IMG/VR virus record: IMGVR_UViG_3300022719_000039
Coordinates: 1-64,000 of that record
Source of the DNA: a virus
Direction: 5' to 3' (one strand)
DNA: 64,000 nt
Below the pieces are notes generated by a model, which searched no databases, was not told the origin of the DNA, and saw only the letters and a program-made list of their open reading frames with translations. Position numbers and translations under genes: made by a program. Below are positions 26,801-33,500 of this stretch, piece after piece. Within the stretch, counting starts at the first letter, position 1. The number at the start of each line of letters is the position of its first letter.

Positions 26801-29797
26801 ACCTAGTATAGTATTTACTGCTCCTATTTTATTTCCTTTACTATTTATTATTTCTATTGTTATATTATCAGGAGTTATGTTTTTTGTTTTCTTAGGTCTT
26901 ACAACCCTTAAAGTTACTGTATCACCTTCAGATAATTCCCCGTTTAATATGTCAAACATACCTGTACCCTCATCCAATGTATGTGATGAACCATCTGTAA
27001 TGCTATTACTGGAATTATTAGCTGAATCTATAAGAAATATAGATGTAGTTCCTTCTAAATTAACAGATTCCTGTGGTACATTCTCTTGGGGGGTAGTTTC
27101 TTGAGAAGAAACCTCTTCTGGAATAGTTTCTTGAGTTAAAACTGGTTGTGGAGTAGTTTCTTCTGGAGTAGTTTCTTCTGGAATAGTTTCTTCTGGAATG
27201 GTTTCTTCTGGAATGGTTTCTTCTGTACGTGCAGATTCTGTACTTTCATCTTGAGAAGAATTTACTTCTTGTAATACTCCATCAGTTCTGCTATCATCTG
27301 CATTTTCTTCATTTAAATCGGATAACTCTTTATTTCTATTTTCTTCTGGTTTCTCATTGTTTTCCCTTGCTTCTTTCCGTGCTTGATTTGCTTCCTTTAA
27401 ATCGTTAAGTCTGTCTACTTCTCTATCGACTATCTTTGCAGCTTTTTCTCGTATACTAGGTTCGGGAATAGATTCAGCAAATTCTTGAAGACTTTTTATA
27501 GCATTGTCAATTTGTTCATTAGTAGCTGAATTGAAGTTAGGTATTTCAGCATTTATAGCTTCTTTTACCGCCTTGTTCAAAAACTTACTTGCATCACCTT
27601 CAATTTGTTTAAAGTCATTTTTAGCTGTTTCTACTGCTTCTTCTGAAAAAGAATTATTTACTTCTTGTTCAAGTATGGGAACAAGTTCATCAGAGGCTAA
27701 TAAGTCTGCCTCTAAGTCTATTATTTCTCTTAAAGCTGAAGTAACATTTTCATTGTTTACTTCTATATTTGATAGATCAATAACATCTTCATCCTTGTTT
27801 AATTCTTCTCTCTTTCTTTCTAGGTTTTTAATTAAGTTATCAAACCTTTTGGTAGGAGCTTCGGTAACACCTTCAGGACTATTCAAAGCATTTAAAGAGG
27901 TTCTCTCTATTTCTGATAAAACCTGAAGCTGTGGTATTAAAGAATTTATTGCTTTTAATGTAATTGACTTATCAACATCACCTTCAATTACATCTCTAAC
28001 TTGTTTAAGTACACCTGAATTTAATTTTAAGGTAGCTAACTTATCTCTTAAATTATCTTGTTTATCTTTTTCAATAGATAATTTTCTACTCTTTGCAGCA
28101 AATCTTTTAGCCAGTAGGTTTTTAATTTCTTCTTCTTCATCTTTAACAGTTACTATCCTATTGTTTAATTCTTTAAATATAGATTCTCCTGTTTCTATAC
28201 CTCTAGTTAGCTCACCTACTGCATTTTGTATACCTTCTTCTGTAGCAAACCCTAATTCTATTAGTTTTTTCTGAAAATCAACATCTTCAATCTGATTTAG
28301 AGCTAATCCTACATTACCTGAACGTGCTGAAGAAAGACCAATATCAACACCTAAATCATTTACTATTTCTCTTATCTTCCCCTCTTTACGTTCATCTGTA
28401 AATTTGCTATAGTCTACCTTTTTTCCTGAAGGAGTTTCTACAGTATCACCATCTTGTATAGATTTTATCAAACTTGCTACTTTACCTACCTTAGCTTTCC
28501 TAGCTTCTATTTCACCTAGTCTCCCTTTAAATCCTGTGGGAACATTTCTCGGCCTTACTAGTTTTGCTCCTCCTTCAAAAGCAACCCCACCTAATACACC
28601 AAAAAGAGCAGCTTCATAAAATCTTCCATCTGAAGTATATTCAGCAAGTCTTTCATCAAATGTAGAATCGTCTAATCCTACTAAGTTTTTTCCTAAAGAA
28701 AGTCCTTCCCCTGTACCTACAAAATTTACCATTTCTTCTACACCTTCAGTAAGTTGCCTTCCTGTAGAAGAATATATAGGACTAAACCTGTCCAATATCC
28801 TATCACCTATCTTGACTTCCTTCCCTAAATTAGCTTTGGATAGTCTTCTGCCTGCTCCTGCTCTTGTAAGTAATTTGCTCAACCCACCAAAAGCTACAGC
28901 AGTTTGAGCGAAGTCAAATACTATATTAGCAGAGTTTACAGCATAACTTCTCCAAGCCGCTTTAGCAGCAATAAAATCCGTTAGACTTTCTTTTGTTACT
29001 TCTCTACCTTCTTCACGAAGTTCTTTAGCTGCATCAGATTGAAGTGCTTTTTGCCAAGCTTCTTCATTTTTAAACCTGTTGATTAACATTTGTCTTGTTT
29101 GCAGTATTACTTCCCCACCTTCTCTAAAGTTCTCACCATTCCTCATTATTCCTGCTGCTGTACCAGTTTTTGCTAAGAATTTAGCAGTACTACCTATTCT
29201 TCTGCTTAAATTAGATAATCTTGCCAAGTATGAAGCTGCTCCTACTGTACCTACTGCTGGTAAAAGTAAACCTAGAGTTGAAAATACAGATACCCCATTT
29301 TGGAACCACCAAGCAGGGTCTTTTATATCAAATGTTTCATTAGGATTCTCTTGAAATATAGGAAATTCTTCACGTCCAAACTCCCTTATACTTCTTCCTA
29401 GTTCTATTATGTCATTATTAAAGTCAGCATCTTGATTATTTATTTCATCGAATACTGCTTCGCCTAGCGCCCCAATAGAACCTATTCCTTCTATAGTACC
29501 ACCTACAACTTCTCCTAATACTCCTTGAGCTAAGAAATTACCAAATTGATTTAAAGTAGATTGGTGTTGTGCTCTTAATAACCTATTATCTGCATTTGGT
29601 TTTATATTAAAATTAAACTTTCTAGTATCTATAGAAAAGTCAATAGCTCCTAATCCTTCCTGTGTAGGTAAACTGTTTAATACATCCTTTAAACCAGAAG
29701 GAATACCCGTAGTTATATTAGCTCCTTCTACTATAGGAATACCCCCGGGATCATCAGTTAATCCTGCATTTACAAGACTTTCTCTACTTAACGGCAT
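14882..29797 (-). CDS. giant virion-associated RNA polymerase / ejection polyprotein (4971 aa)
   Basis: Two-barrel RNAP signatures GIRIPT and NSDFDVDE (DxDxD at 21221-21235). Zincin-like HEAIH (25337-25351) and HEFGH (18401-18415). Position after the muzzle and cargo genes matches crAss-like phages. Confidence 0.88.
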   Translation of the reverse strand: MPLSRESLVNAGLTDDPGGIPIVEGANITTGIPSGLKDVLNSLPTQEGLGAIDFSIDTRKFNFNIKPNADNRLLRAQHQSTLNQFGNFLAQGVLGEVVGGTIEGIGSIGALGEAVFDEINNQDADFNNDIIELGRSIREFGREEFPIFQENPNETFDIKDPAWWFQNGVSVFSTLGLLLPAVGTVGAASYLARLSNLSRRIGSTAKFLAKTGTAAGIMRNGENFREGGEVILQTRQMLINRFKNEEAWQKALQSDAAKELREEGREVTKESLTDFIAAKAAWRSYAVNSANIVFDFAQTAVAFGGLSKLLTRAGAGRRLSKANLGKEVKIGDRILDRFSPIYSSTGRQLTEGVEEMVNFVGTGEGLSLGKNLVGLDDSTFDERLAEYTSDGRFYEAALFGVLGGVAFEGGAKLVRPRNVPTGFKGRLGEIEARKAKVGKVASLIKSIQDGDTVETPSGKKVDYSKFTDERKEGKIREIVNDLGVDIGLSSARSGNVGLALNQIEDVDFQKKLIELGFATEEGIQNAVGELTRGIETGESIFKELNNRIVTVKDEEEEIKNLLAKRFAAKSRKLSIEKDKQDNLRDKLATLKLNSGVLKQVRDVIEGDVDKSITLKAINSLIPQLQVLSEIERTSLNALNSPEGVTEAPTKRFDNLIKNLERKREELNKDEDVIDLSNIEVNNENVTSALREIIDLEADLLASDELVPILEQEVNNSFSEEAVETAKNDFKQIEGDASKFLNKAVKEAINAEIPNFNSATNEQIDNAIKSLQEFAESIPEPSIREKAAKIVDREVDRLNDLKEANQARKEARENNEKPEENRNKELSDLNEENADDSRTDGVLQEVNSSQDESTESARTEETIPEETIPEETIPEETTPEETTPQPVLTQETIPEEVSSQETTPQENVPQESVNLEGTTSIFLIDSANNSSNSITDGSSHTLDEGTGMFDILNGELSEGDTVTLRVVRPKKTKNITPDNITIEIINSKGNKIGAVNTILGKDKFIEILKTKLSRNQTLSEAEKDERIKGAEKDLQTIRSLRNKAAKMLQGASKTESSIDIGNAKIIKLNSGSIINIAKKVRLFDSFGENIKLYTIGSSSTNLKAFNAPESEREFSRRTRDFESVLNNRDKTYTKGAIYTVVEAPNEERFPVKLVSQRLTTPFQERVGGLIKQLIENVTLNSSSFLTSQAGIKLKDTINQITFQGKGGVYFTQDRLELSYIDESGTRKRVEIFYNKKDKTDTTILRIRESIQQKNGKFKVTKPSKDISIDQIESSSLIKKALPRLLRNIDGNLANTNKEYISPLDNSTVYSNYNTFINETRGLVTDVGVVKNSKGEIITNFSLKGKAPKSNLVLAIGEFNLNKEQKTEEDEGFLFSSVKPLATKEQLEKDTSTVTHKLSNADWSGSIIDFAKSVGLENSKFMPILEAARKLGVNMSSESVSSQGNTNAFAIYDSSNNTISFARNAIEMAESTEEVKVSLEEALAHEAIHAILSRGIVDKARLDNDLLAFVNSIKDKILDAPSDVRSKLSHIINNSPQEVVAFAYTNLSMAKWLTSLSADKDIVPGKKETLWQQLKNIILDIIEQITGQPTKLDELTKILDGQGLSFNVKNEDINTNTDNNDLTQFMIPLETNKKADTGSLSNVETRLAVNAIIPLFEISKRNNPDFSEEQHKTTIIDAFKRKSVELNESQRTNVNRVLTEFGNIWEITKDKIVQQSGVAAFEDVLNQESVLLVKPFEDEGTLSINPKNRVTDLLKSIIRTTFAVEKIDITKDGKKRYVPKTSNFLGLKQFLDFDSVYPYLLNNLANIHSTEGMLFKLGQLSRFDPSLGYLKDQLESNERWLSAWFSHFSNQSPRADLDIVELLDDDSITHKTLISNNNSPQLNLASEWSTNILSRFEDGLFSIKEVRTKINKLERLLDNFPKNKDSIFKELSNVYSLLGFDVVRDGENFLEQMFEAESQDAIGLNSFGNPSSLLEFRFITPLNRILNTLSEGGVDILGDIRRVTRRTSLYRFDVTENSYLNGENNLVQSVYLPTFLSDFFALAKSQIPEEKTEFKRQLLNYLNSKNLNRSNWLRQIVKFEGDNFLTDSEGLPVLNTDFLERFGYTLFDAVKNADEFVGTKYSKLDNNGWNLINVLKFINDTDVLNRKTINTAKYSIPIPSDGGVVYYIRSKRYRGNFSPGGVLQKGNELHDALRNIILQEMDSMIHAKNALFELDNDGLPVVDAETRELKLKEGLKEEQLLLDYHYTLDSNGNRVYSKDGIPVGRVFQFHHFPSLNNSNLRLNGVIKNGLQGNESIEQIEDAIAEFVFLETQRVKESFEPIRKNIESITSKQNLNYDEFVSEFALNYFIANTETLNLFIGSPSEFKESSNDGQVNKRAKGFIVPGIKGSGINTKNNITYKVLADVVFSSKLANRVEELTNKETANLYRNFESTDASGYITLERLKNILLDEGKLTPNLEELIERASRGENLESDELQTLLEPRKGFYHGRFFDNDLGIFVTRQIKYSTIPLIPRLTKGLEIDKIRTDMEGNGVDEVIYASASKVGTKNVTRIHDEEGNVNIASLKSAPIETIPSRFWQTVLEVPGHIQDSRTKLATQVSRIFHGNLQKDKKYTVDGKSIQGDKLLKLFFDIYSQNIVDSGTRLVEELGGIIENDDLQTTLLNLQKLRSIFRKEASDRLLPLNYDQALQTPLTGKEEFNLPLFSPNLGRKFEALATSLFTNRVTNQKLPGFAAVQFSNTFMKRGQTVEDLGEVLDTGIEYTKEVLEREEGLELQYVEKGNIMEAEVLVPRWTSKFFSKNGNPVPIDSIPDEALEMLGIRIPTDSKSTTVVLKVVGFLPKESSSLINIPKELAVQMNSDFDVDELFMFRYNLDNNRKKIKYNSSKLPSDNSIQARENRLIDIMRSVLSDKKHRVEVLNATGFSRLEKAADRLDELKGVKQLEQAFSSYSSQLSFRKQNIAGRELKGIAANLNSFLPVAQEIKGRIRKDIAFKFKYSKKALDVDTVRKRYADSIVNEDKDSITIEFSNVGHTVDGSNLNIQGELLTEISAETLAAAVDNVNNPVLGRIGTTTLTFPIFHSLVSTGIDINTAASFISQPSVGLISEVNDRKEAETAIITEIIAVTRNVTLERAKVIAETFKKLKRAEVVQRLGFNPYKVTAFSFGQLNKAIKDSSKFPLLTKEGQEVDRSQERLTYLSNQLRVVHNFYTFKKASDAINTTVQASKLDTIGAGPFLSTTDEILNKIRDASIYPFDFGNNKEQLGPRFLSGEQAAIQAILPLDLTQDSPIIDVEESAYKPLAAFYNYSNLLSLKFYSNVFIQASRAYRNLSNFAVNRGVKNDPALLNRLHNFSTSTLLRLGNDFFAHIDTARVMGITQNNADDLRESNKSTAQKLKELKQKRKDLLGTGEHILDFLNPKISESDIEENKGLHIIDFRQVNDNNRENILTESLLNMINATNATIESKLRKGQKLNKEEQDRVDLRELGEDLIRYSFATNGMNFGRNSFSNIIPTETLVSLGVGKTLGNALKVANKSDVMDVFDFVHIGDFIRNNWKNPDVVPRVRGRKWRPNSKGYLVVNKESNEYNKVASAPFIYNPRFSFKDKKFIQDSDFIYARIGESNNNVFYTPVEKLGIPGRFVEYGRTEIESNNPYLGDKLPFNSFEEAVNNLMEDESVHVLPEFIDWNARLDERNEPIDLSIEEENTGTEGVENAEEFERKLKELKAKSSQRQEFSEGELEQKDAIAEKVETLKRNFAGAGINVEIIFNEELEDTETNARVLPQNSDGSFTIELNPKRVFDDTVIHEFGHIYIDLLGINHPLVQSGIKQLKGSKLWNDVANTYKDLSGDRLAKEVLVTAIGREGVGVFKDSKKQNRLVRWIRNLFNRIARIFGINNNSARELARQMIDSDIQRKLDGKPSDYIQEQKSKNKAEETASEFIDRKIKSLFKQIDKFRDNRKFRQETEHLINLLDRLEPARGLALIQESLDSTFNGVVKRLNKVEAIDFENLSKDELIKEERRAIAILYNAVTITKSFKDIHNLNRSDFVGTEMEEIVNKIKDNLPLFSDIEVKWRRLTEELLSRKLGRISSNPVIMEDVKQVFRLDRDEGKVQAWLDAMADTNNSIAALTIKNYNIANDKARLEARELKKEFEAAIKKFKSEGGDIDILFERDKSGKRTGFLLTEFRHAEWAAEREEMFEEVKEMREKADNMPEGRERNFLLAKARKKMSKWLGANIEKVDNYAEIVRKKQKELDANEFRIWMEEHHVEAEFFGTRYPKGELTQPRKDKWGSKDFERIIKNGTVRDREFHSTVFNMLKKLTKSSRDETFRRGMLPAVPLDQRNIFKAITDTAGLDNIKKDLLTSKDELEVIMDDEENIVNFIPFHYTSKLGQTSLEEIPDDLTEEEKNKLREKNKEIREQNRRNHAENLDFNIEETMKAFIDTAINHQFKTEIKEQILLTREILTHQQLLRTAPWGEIFIDKKATERGGKEVKAVKSAVGSNILDHFDEWIEGIFFEDFDVKEPPWLRKGARLLQNYASLRNLGFNYFSGINNKVFGEIQLAIEAAAGFWVNGENYRKAKVRYNENILHFIAERNKPTATVKEDAIAKLFGVLQHQDELSRRQVGPIKTKLHKLKWITDSAYAMLHMGEHSMQNQLLFAMMDGYKVADGKIYRNAEQWAKRNKIPFEDNKQREEARNQFNKFESVWDTYELKEGYAEVKEGKKIDVEEFSIFRREVIAVNQYLHGIYADEDASALQRRALGKLAIQFRKWMRPGWNKRWRNGKDKFWNERRNAPDEGMYITTLKFGISLIKDFNNITTNYKVHWNSLSDFERANLRRTFVEFLFFTGTIIAGSLLQLLAEADEDDDDVTLEDHVFNIFVYQQDRLWTELFTYTPPGIYNEGMKLVRSPAATFDVMSDSVRLFQDLLLYPIRSKDERVFQGGVNYGEDKVNRRISEMVPLWRIIERQQRLEANNKFYKLVQPFSL
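27149..27223 (-). repeat. 5x15-bp coding tandem repeat (EET[I/T]P)
   Basis: TGGA(G/A)T(A/G)GTTTCTTC five times, encoding EETIPEETIPEETIPEETTPEETTP. Confidence 0.9.
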
Positions 29798-29800
29798 GCT

Positions 29801-32029
29801 TTAAAAACGTTTTTTAAGTCCTTCTATAAGTTCTTTAGATGCATTTGCTTCTGCTGCCTGTATAAATAAAAGTGTATTAATAAGGCCATCTCTTGTAGCA
29901 AATGATTTTTTAAATTCAGTACCATCATCAAGAGGAACCGTTAGTTTAAAAGGGGCTAAAGCTTCAGCCCCCCTTGCATTGTTAGAAGCTCTTTCAATCT
30001 TAGCTATAGTATTTGGTTCCTTTTTGTTTGTATCAGGATTTACCCTGTTATTAAATATTTCTACAGTGCCCTTACCCGAAGCTGTATTTTCTATTTTTGA
30101 TACTTTGCTAGACATTAATAACCTAGCCGCATCTCTATTTCCTCTTTTAAGTAAAACAGGCATAATACCTATAGGAGCATTTATAGCTACTTTACCTTTG
30201 ACTGCATCAGGTACGTCATCTCCATTTATATTTACTACCAATTTAAGTTGAGGATCATCTGGTAAAGTTGCCGTACCTAATATAGTAAAGTCATCTTTAT
30301 CTATGCTACCAAACTCATCTAATTCATCAGCAGTAAATTTTAATTTTTGTGTAGAAAGAGGTCTTGGTACTATACTTGAGTTTTTAAAGTCTTGATTGAA
30401 TGCAGAAATTGCTATATCTTCCATTTGTTGTTTTATTATTTTACCTTCTTTATCTTCAGGTATTGTTGTTATACCAAACGTTTCAGGTCTTATAACAGAC
30501 TTGTCTTTCAATAATTCTTTCATTTTCTTAAATACCGGATCAACTTTAGCCTGAGCTTTAAATCTTATTCTTTCTACTGTTTTTTGTTGTTCTGGTATTA
30601 AAAGAGATGTGTCAACATTATTATTTGCGGTAAGATTGTTATTAAACTGAGTTTTTTGTTGGTTTGTAACTCCTTTTCTAAACTTAGTTTTATCCGTAAT
30701 TTCAAAACCTCCTGATACACCGGGTGTAAATTCAAGTAAATGATTTTTAATTGCGTTAATTCCAGCTTGTTTAGCCTCATCTGTTACAACATGTTCTTCT
30801 AATCCTAATTCTTCTAATGCTTCTTCTTTTAATGAATTTTCGAAGTCTTGAGCATCCTTTATTTGATTATTTATTTGTTCTAATCTGGCACTTATAAAAG
30901 GTTCTAAACTAGGATCAGTATTATTTGTCAATTGATTCTCTAATGCTGCTTTTTGTGCTTCAAATGAAGCTATACCGCTTTTTACATCTCCAACATCTTT
31001 AAAAGGCGAACCTTCTACACCTATCATGTCTATGGTAGTAAAACCACCTGTAACATCAGGATCATCATCACTACTACCTGTTGTTCTAGTACCTGTTGTT
31101 CTAGTACCTGTTACACCTTTAAATTTATCAAATCCAAATATATTGGCTGCTGTATTAGAAGCTCCTTCTATTTCTGAAGTAAATAGTACATCAGATAATA
31201 CTTGTTTTACAGACTTCCCTTCATCTAGTTGTTCTTGTATTTCTTTTTTTGTATCTTCATCATCTATATTAGATAATAACTGTTCCTTCACTTGTTCATC
31301 AGTTAAGCCTGCTGTTCTTATAAAGGCTTCTTGATCAAAAAAAGCTTTAACTGAGGGATCACGTCTTAATATATCTAATCCTGCTGCTCTTATATCATTT
31401 TCACTTGCCTGCTCTAGTTGAATAAACTGACCGTCACCTGTTGGTATTAGTCTACCACTAGACTCAAATTTACTTAGAATTTCTGAAAGTTTTTTATCTA
31501 CATCTACTCTTTCTGCTACTGTTCTAGGAACAAAAGTTGTAAAACCCCCAGTTCCATCAGGTCTTGTACCTCCTTGAGCAGTAAACTCTGTTAGAGCAGC
31601 TTGTAATAATCTATTTTGTGTAGTAGCATCAAGATCAGATTCTCTAACTTGTTCCCTAAACTTACCAAAAGCTTCTCCGCTTGTCTTTAATGCACCTAAA
31701 TCACCTCCTAGCAATCTCCTTTTTACATCTCGTGCAGTTCTTCTGGCAAAACTTAACGACCTGCTCAAATCTCCTCCACTTTCTTGTATTTCATTATCTA
31801 TAGAACTTCTTATATCGTTTATTGCTTGTTTTACTTTATCTTGTTCAGTAACCAGTCCTCCTATTTCTATACTTTCATCTATGGCATCAAATAATAAATT
31901 AGATTGATTAAAAGCCTGTTGTCTGGTTTCTAACCCCCTTGCTATTTCTTGAAAAGGTAAAGGGACAAATTGTGAAACTTGTGTTTGTCTAGGTACAAAC
32001 CTAGCCGGTGTATCAAATCTGCTAGCCAT
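29801..32029 (-). CDS. virion cargo/ejection protein
   Basis: 742 aa, N-terminal SQFVPLPFQ motif, helical. Lies between the first cargo gene and the vRNAP gene. Confidence 0.65.
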   Translation of the reverse strand: MASRFDTPARFVPRQTQVSQFVPLPFQEIARGLETRQQAFNQSNLLFDAIDESIEIGGLVTEQDKVKQAINDIRSSIDNEIQESGGDLSRSLSFARRTARDVKRRLLGGDLGALKTSGEAFGKFREQVRESDLDATTQNRLLQAALTEFTAQGGTRPDGTGGFTTFVPRTVAERVDVDKKLSEILSKFESSGRLIPTGDGQFIQLEQASENDIRAAGLDILRRDPSVKAFFDQEAFIRTAGLTDEQVKEQLLSNIDDEDTKKEIQEQLDEGKSVKQVLSDVLFTSEIEGASNTAANIFGFDKFKGVTGTRTTGTRTTGSSDDDPDVTGGFTTIDMIGVEGSPFKDVGDVKSGIASFEAQKAALENQLTNNTDPSLEPFISARLEQINNQIKDAQDFENSLKEEALEELGLEEHVVTDEAKQAGINAIKNHLLEFTPGVSGGFEITDKTKFRKGVTNQQKTQFNNNLTANNNVDTSLLIPEQQKTVERIRFKAQAKVDPVFKKMKELLKDKSVIRPETFGITTIPEDKEGKIIKQQMEDIAISAFNQDFKNSSIVPRPLSTQKLKFTADELDEFGSIDKDDFTILGTATLPDDPQLKLVVNINGDDVPDAVKGKVAINAPIGIMPVLLKRGNRDAARLLMSSKVSKIENTASGKGTVEIFNNRVNPDTNKKEPNTIAKIERASNNARGAEALAPFKLTVPLDDGTEFKKSFATRDGLINTLLFIQAAEANASKELIEGLKKRF

Positions 32030-32030
32030 T

Positions 32031-33500
32031 TTAAAATCTACCTATTCTTCTTAGTATGTTTGAACCAATTCCTGCTCCTACCTTTCCTGCTTTGTTTGAA
32101 TTGTCTACACTATTCCCTTCATTAATAATACTTTCTGCTTCTGCATTATTACCTCTAAGATTACGGGATGATTCCCTTAGTTTAATTAAATTTTGTGGAG
32201 GAGTTCCACCATTCAGGAAGAAGTCAAACAGTTGATCCACATCATCTAGGGTAAAGTCTACTGAGCCGGAAACTAAAGCCTTTATAATTTCTGCCCTTAA
32301 TGCTTTTTCATCTCTTTTTGCTATTGATTTTTGAGCTTGATCTCTTTGTGATAACTGTGATAATGCAGATGGTACTTCACTACCTAAGAAATTCCTTGCT
32401 GCTGCTTCATTTTGTTCATTTATTATTTGTTCTTGTAGACCAGAAAGTTGATTTCTCAAAGCAAACTCGTTAGCCCTGTTTATATTTCTATTACCAACAC
32501 CGCTAACATTTTGAACTGTATTCTGCGCTTCTATTTCTCCTACCGCATCTTGAGCAGCACTATCTACAACTGCTGCATTAGATAAAAAAGCCCCTAAATT
32601 CCCACCAGTATTTCTAGCATTTTCTGTAGCTAATCGTCTTTGATTTCTTACTTGTCTTAATGATTCATTAGGAAGGTTTACAGATTCTTCCTGTATAGGT
32701 ACTAAGTCTGGTATAACAAAAGGGTCAGGAGCAGTCGTTCCTCTAATAAAGTTACTTATTATAGGGGCTACTTCAAAACCTTTCTCTACCCCCTTACCTA
32801 TAGTCTTTAAAGTTTTAGTAAAGGGATTTATTTCTCTTTCTTCTTCTGTACCACTTGTATTTAAGCCCTCTTGCGCTGTCTCATCTCCTTCTTTATCTTC
32901 TTTAGTGTCTGAAGGTAAAGAAAGTCTAATAGATTCGAACTTAGGTTCATTAAGTCTCGTTACTGTACCGTTAGCATTGAGCAATGGAAGTATTTCACTT
33001 CTTTTACTTCCCGGAATAATAACATCCCCCGGAAGTATTTCTATATCTTCTCCTCCTTGTGTATGGGTCTTTCCTCCCTGAAAGTCGGCTATAAGTTTAA
33101 ATCTATCTCCTATCTTTCTAAATACGGTTTCATCTTTTTCTACCTCAACATCTAAGGGTTTGTTAAATTCTTCTATAGGTTGTTCATTTGTAGCCAAACC
33201 TTTTTGTGCAATGAATTGTGATTTATCTATCCCTATTCCTTCATTTTGTTCCTGCACAAATTGAGCCTTTTTCAACTCTTCTTGTGCTTCTTTTCTTTTA
33301 CCCTTACCAAAAGCACCACCAATCTTACCTCCTATAAATCCTGTTAATAAGTTTGCACCGGGAACAGGAATTAATGAACCTGCTAATGTTCCCAACTGTC
33401 CACCAATCTGTTTATTTCTTTCTTGATTAAAGTCTAACCTATTAACATCATTTTGAGCAGACCTTACACCAGTTATATATCTCTTTTTTCTCTTAGCCAT
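32031..33500 (-). CDS. virion cargo/ejection protein (C1-like)
   Basis: 489 aa, with a Gly-rich hydrophobic N-terminal hairpin and a VEVEKDE...G.TH.QGG motif. Directly after the muzzle gene. Confidence 0.65.
   Translation of the reverse strand: MAKRKKRYITGVRSAQNDVNRLDFNQERNKQIGGQLGTLAGSLIPVPGANLLTGFIGGKIGGAFGKGKRKEAQEELKKAQFVQEQNEGIGIDKSQFIAQKGLATNEQPIEEFNKPLDVEVEKDETVFRKIGDRFKLIADFQGGKTHTQGGEDIEILPGDVIIPGSKRSEILPLLNANGTVTRLNEPKFESIRLSLPSDTKEDKEGDETAQEGLNTSGTEEEREINPFTKTLKTIGKGVEKGFEVAPIISNFIRGTTAPDPFVIPDLVPIQEESVNLPNESLRQVRNQRRLATENARNTGGNLGAFLSNAAVVDSAAQDAVGEIEAQNTVQNVSGVGNRNINRANEFALRNQLSGLQEQIINEQNEAAARNFLGSEVPSALSQLSQRDQAQKSIAKRDEKALRAEIIKALVSGSVDFTLDDVDQLFDFFLNGGTPPQNLIKLRESSRNLRGNNAEAESIINEGNSVDNSNKAGKVGAGIGSNILRRIGRF

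Noticed and set aside
31074-31113. Short 15-bp tandem repeat encoding TGTRTTGTRTTG
   Set aside because: It is about 2.5 copies in a low-complexity linker, consistent with ordinary slippage.
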